Assembly: GCA_040902925.1 (NCBI GenBank)
Contig: JBBDWJ010000244.1
Location: forward strand, 20,795 to 84,794
Direction: 5' to 3'
From: Bryobacterales bacterium
Lineage (GTDB): Bacteria > Acidobacteriota > Terriglobia > Bryobacterales > UBA6623
Length of the DNA stretch: 64,000 nt
Of this stretch, positions 46,775 through 54,523 are shown piece by piece. How positions within the stretch are numbered: the stretch's first letter is position 1; each line of letters opens with the position of its first letter. Under the pieces are notes generated by a model. It saw nothing but the letters and a program-made list of their open reading frames with translations, had not been told where the DNA came from and did not search any database. A program made the translations under genes and the position numbers.

Positions 46775-48373
46775 CTATAAAGCCTGCGTGCGGTTCTTGA
46801 TACGGCGGATATGGGTACGGATACGATGGAGCAGCTCCCCGCAGGATTGCTCGGGGCTGGCGGCATCAACGGTCATCGACGAGGAGCCGAACAACGCGGT
46901 CAAATTGGAGTCGAGATTGAGCGTAGCCTGCAACAGCCCATGACTCTCTTCCCGCCAGTCGAGGGTTTCGTTCGATTCGGCGGCATCGCCGCGGCGGCTC
47001 CAGATCTTACGGGGTAGGGCTTCCGACAGACGATCGTAGATCGCCCCTTCGCGCTCGTCCAGGGCGCGCACGTGAAATCGGACGAGGTCGCGGAAGCGGC
47101 GCGTTGTTTGCGGGTCGGCTGACGCCAGTTGGTCCGCATCCACTCGCCCGAGAAAACGATGCAGTGCGTAGACGTGAGAGAGCAACTCCGACTGGCTGCT
47201 GTAGACCTCACTCACGTAGCGCCCCAATTCGCTTTCGAGCACGGAAGGCTGCGGCGATACGAACGAGCGCCTGGCCGCGTCGGAGAAATGGCTCAGCAGC
47301 GAGCGGCGGACGGCGCCACCGGCGGGGCCTCTATAGACGGTGTGGACAACGCGTGCCATCCGGCTCGTCTGCTGGCCGGCGGGCAGGTCTTCGCGAAGTC
47401 GAATCTGGAAGGCCGGCGGTTCGGACGACTGCCGGAGCACGGCGACCCGCACTCCTTCGCGAACCTCAGAGTCTTCCACCGTTCCTTCGATGAGCAGGCC
47501 GCGTGAAGTCCAGACCGGATGCAGGTCCTCCTGCCAAACCCGCGCCTGCGTCAGCAGCCAATACCCTTCGATAACGTTGGCAAACGCCAGCGGATCGGAA
47601 AGACGCGCGGGCTCGGCCTGAGCTAACTCTTCCACGACCGCTCGAAACGTGGCCAGAGGCAGGCGGGGAATCAACGCCGCTGGTACGCTGGCTGGCGCGG
47701 CGGAAACGCTCGGCGGCTCAATCCACGCCACCTGTTGCGAGCCGGCCTGAGGGCGCGGCGCAACAGCTAACTCGAATCTCACAAGCTCGGCTTCATTGGC
47801 GGGCGTCTCGATCTCGGCGGGATCGCCAACGAACGCCGGTTGGGGCGGGTTCAAGCCCGGGCCGGCGACCAGATCGACGTCAATTTCGCTTTCGCCGGCT
47901 GGTTCCTGTACGCCTTGCGCGGTCTCTTGCACCGCTTCTTGTAAGGCGGGTTCGGCTTCCAAAACCGCGGAGCCCGGTACCCCCGCCATTTGGGGTACTG
48001 CGGTCATTGGGGGCACGGCTGCCATTTGGGGCATGTCCGCGGCCGGCGGCTGGCTGGTGCTCAAATAGCCGCTCAACACCATGAGCGTGAGCGCAGCCGC
48101 CACGCTGTATACGACCGACCACCGTAACGGAAACTCGTTGTGGTTCTTCGGCGGATAAAGCGCCAGCTCCAGGTTGCGGTGCGACGCTATCTTGTGACCG
48201 TCCGGTTCGGCAGACACCGACGCCCGCAGAGCACATTCAGCCTCGAACAAGACAGTCTGCAGATGGAGCCACGAGTCCCGGCATGCGGGACACTCCTCCA
48301 TGTGGACTGCCAGTTCGGCGGCTAACGCACCGTCACAATGCAGCAGTAGTTCTTCTGTGGTGAGGTGTCTCAC
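46775..48373 (-). CDS. Anti-sigma factor (zf-HC2 N-terminus, one transmembrane segment, large uncharacterised periplasmic domain)
   Basis: The zinc-finger region is LLLHCDGALAAELAVHMEECPACRDSW. The transmembrane segment is WSVVYSVAAALTLMVLSGYL. The stop is 8 nt upstream of the receptor ATG. The GTG start at 48373 overlaps the sigma gene by 41 nt. Confidence 0.75.
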   Translation of the reverse strand: MRHLTTEELLLHCDGALAAELAVHMEECPACRDSWLHLQTVLFEAECALRASVSAEPDGHKIASHRNLELALYPPKNHNEFPLRWSVVYSVAAALTLMVLSGYLSTSQPPAADMPQMAAVPPMTAVPQMAGVPGSAVLEAEPALQEAVQETAQGVQEPAGESEIDVDLVAGPGLNPPQPAFVGDPAEIETPANEAELVRFELAVAPRPQAGSQQVAWIEPPSVSAAPASVPAALIPRLPLATFRAVVEELAQAEPARLSDPLAFANVIEGYWLLTQARVWQEDLHPVWTSRGLLIEGTVEDSEVREGVRVAVLRQSSEPPAFQIRLREDLPAGQQTSRMARVVHTVYRGPAGGAVRRSLLSHFSDAARRSFVSPQPSVLESELGRYVSEVYSSQSELLSHVYALHRFLGRVDADQLASADPQTTRRFRDLVRFHVRALDEREGAIYDRLSEALPRKIWSRRGDAAESNETLDWREESHGLLQATLNLDSNLTALFGSSSMTVDAASPEQSCGELLHRIRTHIRRIKNRTQAL

Positions 48374-48878
48374 GACCCTCGTTCTCCGATGCCCGCAGCT
48401 TTTTCACTGCTCGCGAAATGTAGCTGACTACAGTCGAAACCGATAATCCCAGCACTTCCCCGACCTCGCGAAACTTCAAACCCTCCGCCCGTAGCCGCAG
48501 ACACCCCATTTCCATGGGGCTAAGGCGATTCCACGGGAGTTGCGAGAGTTGCACTTTGGCATCAACATTCGATTTGGACAGGAATCTGTCCTCGATTTTC
48601 AGCCAGCTAGCGTTGTCGAGAAGTTCAGGCTTCTTCTTTCTTCCCTGATCGACGAGCAGATTGTGAGCAACACGGAAGATCCAGGCCCGTGGCTGCAGAA
48701 TCGATTCGTTCTGCGTACGGGCGCGGAAAAAACGGATGAAACTTTCCTGGGCTATGTCTTCCGCCTCCGATAGATCGTCGAGGTGATAGCGGAGGTAACG
48801 GACCAAACTGTCACGGCACTCTGCGAAGAGTTCTTCAGTCTCCCAGGCGGCAGTGTTTGCGGTGCCGAAAACAGTCAC
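48333..48878 (-). CDS. ECF-type RNA polymerase sigma-70 family factor
   Basis: Region 2 reads DIAQESFIRFFRARTQ...AWIFRVAHNLLVDQGRKKK. The region 4 helix-turn-helix reads LKFREVGEVLGLSVSTVVSYISRAVKKLR. The start codon is GTG. Confidence 0.88.
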   Translation of the reverse strand: MTVFGTANTAAWETEELFAECRDSLVRYLRYHLDDLSEAEDIAQESFIRFFRARTQNESILQPRAWIFRVAHNLLVDQGRKKKPELLDNASWLKIEDRFLSKSNVDAKVQLSQLPWNRLSPMEMGCLRLRAEGLKFREVGEVLGLSVSTVVSYISRAVKKLRASENEGRETPHHRRTTAAL

Positions 48879-49600
48879 GAGTGATGTCCCCGTGCCGTCC
48901 GTGCCGAACTGCCTGAAAACGTAAGACGATCCAGGCGGCTGTTCTTACGGCAGGATATGGCTAGTTAGTATTTTGCGCCCGCCTCCGCGGGCTTGTCAAA
49001 CTTTGTTTTTGGGCAACCGCGAGGCGGCTCAAAGGGGACCTTGCGGACGACGTCTAGTACGACGCCTTAGCTACTATATACAGTATCATCTAACCAAAAT
49101 AGCACAACGGAATGCGCTAATGAGATAAACTAGAGGTAGCGTCAAGCCCGTTGGGATCGTAGTCGGAGGACGTATCGAAAGTGTGGCAAACGTGCAACAA
49201 CTGTTACGCCCAAAATTTTTGTCTCCTTAGGACTACTAGAACTACGCCATTCCCGCCATATTGACGCTTCATCCCGGCGCCGACTCATCTTTGCTAATTC
49301 TCGGCGGCGGGTTCGATCTGCCCTGGCCGCCCAACGCGCGGCCCGGCTCGTAAGCCTGCCACCTTGCTGCACCCAAGACGCTCGCTTGACCGGCCCCAGA
49401 TCCATGCGCCATCCCGAGGTTCAGGAAGCCCGGGCAACGGCGCGGATCGCGGCCCGGTATCCTTCCGCACTCACTCCGCAACGGAGTTGGCGCCAAAACC
49501 GCCCCCGAGTTCGTCTATTGAGATGAGGACCGTCGGGATTGGACGCGGTCCAGGCCGCGTTCTCACGAATCTCGGCTCTTCTCTTAAAATGACCCACCTT

Positions 49601-49655
49601 GCCGGCGTGGGAGGAGGCGCCTCCTTACCTCTCCCACGCCGGCTCTTTGTTTTGC
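49601..49655 (+). terminator. Strong intrinsic terminator with no upstream plus-strand CDS
   Basis: GCCGGCGTGGGAG ... CTCCCACGCCGGC forms a perfect 13-bp outer stem. It encloses an inner GAGGC/GCCTC stem. TCTTTGTTTTG follows on the plus strand. Confidence 0.6.
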
Positions 49656-49846
49656 CTCACCGGCTTGCGACGCGGGTGTAAAACGGCCGGTCGGCTGGCC
49701 TACCCTCCATATCTCGCCTGACTCACCCTCCAGTGAGCTGCGAACCCCTTTGTGGCCCCGTAGTGGAGGCCAAAACGCTATATTGGTTCGTCCTGCCGGA
49801 GCCTTGCCTCTCGACGCGGCTCCGCCGATCACAAGGGAGCGTACTG

Positions 49847-51205
49847 ATGGTGGAAATGTCCGAAAAGGCTCGCGCGGAGTTTAACCGCTTCATGAATGGC
49901 TTGGTCCGGCGCAACGGGGGCCAGTCGGAGTTCCACCAGGCGGTTCGCGAAGCGGCCGAATATCTCGTTCCTTTCGTGCTCGACCGGCCGGGCTACCAGC
50001 GAGGCCAGATTCTTGAGCGCCTGACCGAACCGGACCGCATCGTCATTTTTCGCGTCTGTTGGACGGACGACGCCGGCAACATCCGCACGAATCGCGGTTG
50101 GCGGGTGCAGTTCAGCAATGCGATCGGGCCTTACAAAGGCGGCCTCCGCTTCCATCGCACGGTCGACCTCAGCGTGCTGAAGTTCCTTGGCTTCGAGCAA
50201 ACCTTGAAAAACAGCTTGACGACGCTGCCGATGGGCGGCGCCAAAGGCGGGTCGAACTTCAACCCCAAAGGCAAGTCCGACGCCGAAGTGATGCGCTTCT
50301 GCCAGTCGTTCATGACAGAGCTGTATAAATACATCGGCGACGACATCGACATTCCGGCGGGCGACATCGGCGTGGGCACGCGCGAAATCGGTTACTTGTT
50401 TGGCCAGTACAAGCGGTTGAGCAACCGTTTCGGCGGCTCGATCACCGGCAAAGGTCCGAGCTTCGGCGGCAGCCTCATTCGCTCCGAGGCGACCGGCTAT
50501 GGTTGCGTTTATTTTGCCCGCGAGATGATGAAGGGCGCCAGCCAGGGTTTGCCGGGCAGCACATGCCTGGTTTCGGGTTCAGGGAACGTGGCGCAGTTTG
50601 CCGTCGAGAAAGCCATTCAGCTCGGCGCCAAAGTCGTCACCATCTCTGACTCCGACGGCTTTATCTACGATCCAAGCGGCATCGACGAAGAAAAGCTGGC
50701 CTACGTGATGGAGTTGAAAAACGTCAAGCGCGGCCGGATCCGGGAATACGCCGAAAAATACGGCTGCGAGTTCCATGCGGACAAAACGCCTTGGGGAATC
50801 AAGGCGGATGTGGCTTTTCCGTGTGCGACGCAAAACGAGATCAACGGCGACGACGCCAAAGAGATGGTCAAAAACGGCGTGCGGGTGGTCGCCGAAGGGG
50901 CCAACATGCCGACCGATCCCGATGGCGTCGAGGTCTTTCTCAACGCCCGGATTTTGTTCGCTCCCGGCAAGGCGGCCAACGCGGGCGGCGTCGCTGTTTC
51001 CGGGTTTGAGCGCAGCCAGAACCAAACGTTTTTGCCTTGGAGCCGCGCCGAGGTCGATCAGAAGCTCCAGGAAGTGATGCATCGCATCCACCAGCAGTGC
51101 GTCAAATACGGCGACGAGGGCGGCTTCGTCAACTACGTGCGGGGAGCGAATCTGGCCGGGTTCGTGAAGGTCGCCGACTCGATCACGGCGCTCGGCGTGG
51201 TCTGA
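49847..51205 (+). CDS. gdhA: NADP-specific glutamate dehydrogenase
   Basis: The diagnostic motif is GGLRFHRTVDLSVLKFLGFEQTLKNSLTTLPMGGAKGGSNFNPKGKS. The Rossmann motif is VSGSGNVAQFA. The Shine-Dalgarno AAGGGAG precedes the ATG at 49847, and the track start at 49733 is too long. Confidence 0.95.
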   Translation: MVEMSEKARAEFNRFMNGLVRRNGGQSEFHQAVREAAEYLVPFVLDRPGYQRGQILERLTEPDRIVIFRVCWTDDAGNIRTNRGWRVQFSNAIGPYKGGLRFHRTVDLSVLKFLGFEQTLKNSLTTLPMGGAKGGSNFNPKGKSDAEVMRFCQSFMTELYKYIGDDIDIPAGDIGVGTREIGYLFGQYKRLSNRFGGSITGKGPSFGGSLIRSEATGYGCVYFAREMMKGASQGLPGSTCLVSGSGNVAQFAVEKAIQLGAKVVTISDSDGFIYDPSGIDEEKLAYVMELKNVKRGRIREYAEKYGCEFHADKTPWGIKADVAFPCATQNEINGDDAKEMVKNGVRVVAEGANMPTDPDGVEVFLNARILFAPGKAANAGGVAVSGFERSQNQTFLPWSRAEVDQKLQEVMHRIHQQCVKYGDEGGFVNYVRGANLAGFVKVADSITALGVV

Positions 51206-51330
51206 CGCATCCGCCACTGATCGAACGCGTCCAGCGTTTTCGTTCCATCGCCTTGCTTGCTCGCTGAGTTGCTCCGCGGCGCCGGGCCGGATAGGATGGA
51301 GACCTACTTGTTCTCGAGAGGAGATGTTTG

Positions 51331-52230
51331 ATGCGGCGCTCGTTGTTTTTCTTGTTCCTTCTCACCCTGGCTGCGTTTTCGCAATCGGATCTCCCCCAGC
51401 TTAGCTACAAGGCGGACCCCGATTGGCCTCAACTGCCGCCCAACACCAACCTGGTCGAGACGCCGGCCGTGACGGTAGACCCGGCCGAGAACGTTTACAT
51501 CTTCCACCGCGGCAATCCGCCGATCCTCGTTTACGACAAGAGCGGCAAGTTCCTGCGCGGTCTCGGCCACGGCTTGTTCGACAGCCCTCATGGCCTGCGC
51601 ATTGCGCCCGATGGGTCCCTATGGGCGATCGACAATGGATCGCACTTCGTAGTCAAGATGGACGCGATGACCGGCCGCGTGAAAATGGTTCTGGGCAGGC
51701 GGCGGACGGCCGGCGAGGCGGAGAATCTGTTCGACAAGCCGACGGATGTGGCCTTCGGCCCCAACGGTGACATCTACGTTTCCGACGGCTATGGCAACTC
51801 GCGCGTGGCGCAGTTTTCCAAAGACGGCAAGTTCATTCGCGCCTGGGGCAAGCGCGGCGTCAACCCCGGCGAATTCAACACGCCTCACGCCGTCGTGCTC
51901 GACAAGCAGAACAAGCTCTACGTGGCCGATCGCGAAAACTTCCGCATTCAGATCTTTGATCAGGAAGGGAAATTCCAGCAGATGTGGACCCATGTCGGCT
52001 CGCCGTGGGGGCTTTCCCTGACCCAGGACGACATGCTGTTCATGACCGACGGTTATAACAACCGCATCCTGAAACTCGATCTGGACGGTAAGATTGTCGG
52101 CTCGCTCGGAGAGTTCGGCAAGCTCCCCGGGCAACTGGACCTTCCGCACCACATGGCCGTCGGCCCTAGCGGCAACATTTACGTGGGTGAGATTGTGAAT
52201 TTGCGGGCGCAGCGTTTCGTGCCGCGGTAG
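51331..52230 (+). CDS. Secreted NHL-repeat six-bladed beta-propeller protein (peptidyl-alpha-hydroxyglycine-lyase-like)
   Basis: The signal peptide is MRRSLFFLFLLTLAAFSQ. NHL-like blades repeat (PHGLRIAPDGSLWAID, PTDVAFGPNGDIYVSDGYGN, PHAVVLDKQNKLYVADREN, PHHMAVGPSGNIYVGE). The Shine-Dalgarno GAGAGGAG lies upstream. Confidence 0.8.
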   Translation: MRRSLFFLFLLTLAAFSQSDLPQLSYKADPDWPQLPPNTNLVETPAVTVDPAENVYIFHRGNPPILVYDKSGKFLRGLGHGLFDSPHGLRIAPDGSLWAIDNGSHFVVKMDAMTGRVKMVLGRRRTAGEAENLFDKPTDVAFGPNGDIYVSDGYGNSRVAQFSKDGKFIRAWGKRGVNPGEFNTPHAVVLDKQNKLYVADRENFRIQIFDQEGKFQQMWTHVGSPWGLSLTQDDMLFMTDGYNNRILKLDLDGKIVGSLGEFGKLPGQLDLPHHMAVGPSGNIYVGEIVNLRAQRFVPR

Positions 52231-52303
52231 GCGTCGCTGGCTGCGGCGCCAAGAATATCCTGTTTCCGCTGGCGCGCTTGGTACGGGCAAGCGTGGATAC
52301 AAC

Positions 52304-54151
52304 ATGAAAAGCACCGCTCCGTCTGGGATTTGGGCGCGCGTCGGCAGCGCCTTCGTCATCGCCGGCTTATGTGTCGCTCCGCTGATAAAAGCGGAAAACA
52401 CCAGGCCCATGATCATGGGTAAGCGTGGCCTCGTGGTTTCGGGCCACCACCAAGCGAGCGCCGCCGGCCTCGAGATGATGCGGCAAGGCGGCAACGCCAT
52501 CGACGCCGGAGTGGCAACGGTGTTTGCCCAGACCGTGGTCGAATTTGACCGCGTCGGCGTGGGCGGCGAAGTGCCGGTTCTGATCTACTTGGCCGATCAG
52601 AAACGCGTCGTGGCGATCAACGGTCACGGCTTTGCGCCGCGCGCCGCCACCCTGGAATGGTTCCGCGAGCGAAACATCGAGCACATCGCCGGCGACGGCT
52701 TTCTTCCCGCCACCGTTCCGGCTGTCGTCGAGTCGCTGATCCTGGCGCTTGACCGCTTCGGCACGAAGTCTTTGGCCGAAGTGCTGGCTCCTGCCATCGA
52801 TCTGGCGGCCAACGGCTTTCCGGTCTATCCGCATTTCCAGGAACACGTCGAGCAATACTCGGCGCGCTTCCGCAGCGAGTGGCCCAGCTCGGCGAAGATT
52901 TTTCTCCCTGACGGAAAAGTTCCCAAAGTCGGCGACGTGTTCGTGCAGCAGGATCTCGCTCGAACCTTTAAGCGGCTCGCTGCGGCGGAAGCCGAAGCGC
53001 TCTCGAACGGATCGGACCGTAGCGCCGGCCTGAAGGCGGCGCGCGATTTGTTCTATGACGGCGAGATGACACGCGAGATCGTGCGATTTCAGCGCGAGTT
53101 CAAGACCCGTGATGACACCGGCATCGTATCAAACGGGCTGTTCACCGAAGAGGACTTCGCCGCGTTCCATGCCCGCGTGGAAGACGCCGCCAAGACGACT
53201 TATCGTGGCGTAGATGTCTACAAGTTGGGGTTTTGGTCGCAGGGGCCGGTGCTGCTTCAGGCGCTCAACATCCTCGAAGGCTACGACGTGCGCTCAATGG
53301 GCCATAACTCGCCGGCTTATATCCATCTACTCGGCGAGGCGATGAAGCTGGCGTTTGCGGACCGCGAATGGTATTACGCCGATCCGGATTTCGTGGGCGT
53401 ACCGGAGGAAGGGCTGCTTTCGAAAGAGTATGCCGCCGAGCGCCGTAAGCTGATCAACCTTGAGGCGCCGTCTCTGGAGCTTCGCCCGGGCGACCCGTAT
53501 CCGTTTCAACCTCGCGCCATGGCGCACGCGGCGATTCCTCAATCCATCGAGCTGCGGCCCGACCCGCCAGGCACGACGGGCACGCGTGTCGCCGACGGCG
53601 ACGGGAACGTTTTCTCGGCAACGCCAAGCGGCGGCTGGTTCTACTCTTCGCCCATCATCGAAGGGCTTGGCTTTGTGCTCGGCACCCGCGGGCAAAGTTT
53701 CTGGCTCGATGCGGATCGAGCGAATCGGATCGAGCCGCACAAGCGCCCGCGCACGACATTGACGCCGAGCCTGGCGATGAAAGACGGCAAGCCATTTCTG
53801 GCATGGGGCACCCCTGGAGGCGATGTGCAAAACCAGGTCAACCTGCAAATCTTTCTCAACGTCGTCGAGTTCGGCATGGACGTTCAACAGGCCGTCGAGG
53901 CGCCCCTGTTCCAGATCCTCGATTTCCCGGTTTCGTTTTATCCGCGCGACGCTTCTCCCGGAGTGATGCGCGTGGAAACGCGGATACCGGAGGCGGTTGC
54001 TGAAAAACTGCGCCAGATGGGCCATCAGATTCGGCCCGCCGGCGCGTGGTCCATCGGTGACGGCACGGCCCTGATGGTGGACGCGGACCGTGGCGTGTTA
54101 TTCGGCGCAGCCGGGCCTCGACGCGACAAATCGTACGCGCTGGCCTGGTAA
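52304..54151 (+). CDS. Gamma-glutamyltransferase-family protein (second paralog, with an N-terminal signal/anchor)
   Basis: The N-terminal region reads GLVVSGHHQASAAGLEMMRQGGNAIDAGVATVFAQTVV. The putative nucleophile region is PPGTTGTRVADGDGNVFSATPSGG, followed by WGTPGGDVQ. Confidence 0.85.
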   Translation: MKSTAPSGIWARVGSAFVIAGLCVAPLIKAENTRPMIMGKRGLVVSGHHQASAAGLEMMRQGGNAIDAGVATVFAQTVVEFDRVGVGGEVPVLIYLADQKRVVAINGHGFAPRAATLEWFRERNIEHIAGDGFLPATVPAVVESLILALDRFGTKSLAEVLAPAIDLAANGFPVYPHFQEHVEQYSARFRSEWPSSAKIFLPDGKVPKVGDVFVQQDLARTFKRLAAAEAEALSNGSDRSAGLKAARDLFYDGEMTREIVRFQREFKTRDDTGIVSNGLFTEEDFAAFHARVEDAAKTTYRGVDVYKLGFWSQGPVLLQALNILEGYDVRSMGHNSPAYIHLLGEAMKLAFADREWYYADPDFVGVPEEGLLSKEYAAERRKLINLEAPSLELRPGDPYPFQPRAMAHAAIPQSIELRPDPPGTTGTRVADGDGNVFSATPSGGWFYSSPIIEGLGFVLGTRGQSFWLDADRANRIEPHKRPRTTLTPSLAMKDGKPFLAWGTPGGDVQNQVNLQIFLNVVEFGMDVQQAVEAPLFQILDFPVSFYPRDASPGVMRVETRIPEAVAEKLRQMGHQIRPAGAWSIGDGTALMVDADRGVLFGAAGPRRDKSYALAW

Positions 54152-54167
54152 ATTCGCGCTGGCCTAT

Positions 54168-54416
54168 TCAAAGCCACACCGGCTCGAGCGCCTCCTCAAC
54201 CTGGTGAACGGGGGCGCTGTTGGGCGGCCCTGCCTCCGGGGCGAGCAGCATAGGCACCCCCTGCTTGATCAGCGTATGGCCTACGCCGGTCCAATACCCC
54301 AGCCAGAAGAAGCCGCTGAAGAGCAGCACCAGCACGGCAACCGTCAGGGTGATTCTCCGCAAACCCTGGAGATCGAATGCGCTCAACGTGGGCAGTTTCG
54401 GCAACGGAATAGACAA
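54168..54416 (-). CDS. Hypothetical small membrane protein
   Basis: This is an 82-aa ORF with one transmembrane segment (ITLTVAVLVLLFSGFFWLGYW). It is co-oriented with and downstream of the amidohydrolase gene. I recognise no family. Confidence 0.35.
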   Translation of the reverse strand: MSIPLPKLPTLSAFDLQGLRRITLTVAVLVLLFSGFFWLGYWTGVGHTLIKQGVPMLLAPEAGPPNSAPVHQVEEALEPVWL

Positions 54417-54523
54417 CTTCGTTGTCTTATCGGCAGGAACTGTTGGATGCTCCAGGATCTTGCGCTCAGTCGTAAGACTTGTCCGGACGTCGAAATTGGT
54501 GCTGGCGCCGTTTCATCATCGCG

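Noticed and set aside
48920-48949. An inverted repeat CGTAAGA-N16-TCTTACG upstream of the ECF sigma gene. On the minus strand it also reads as AAGAAC...CGTC, a possible autoregulated ECF promoter.
   Set aside because: The spacing between the GAAC-like and CGTC-like elements is only about 12 nt, against about 16-17 nt in typical ECF promoters. The inverted repeat may be an operator or a 5'-UTR hairpin, but I cannot support a specific call.
49034-49052. GGGGACCTTGCGGACGACG, which resembles the 5' end of tmRNA (GGGGCUGAUUCUGGAUUCGACG).
   Set aside because: There is no matching 3' acceptor strand (GGUCCCC-ACCA) downstream. No plausible tag reading frame ending in an (A/L)AA-stop appeared in any frame I translated.
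49072-49085. TACTATATACAGTA, a LexA/SOS-box look-alike.
   Set aside because: Only the right half-site (ACAGTA) fits. The left half is CTAT rather than CTGT, and the half-site spacing is far shorter than CTGT-N8-ACAG.
49303-49333. A tRNA/tmRNA-like 3' end: GGCGG-GTTCGAT-CTGCC followed by CTGGCCG-C-CCA.
   Set aside because: The canonical T-arm register (G53-TTCGATC) does not pair. I could not find a complementary 5' acceptor strand (CGGCCAG) or D/anticodon arms within about 400 nt upstream. I therefore treat it only as a hairpin within the unexplained non-coding region.
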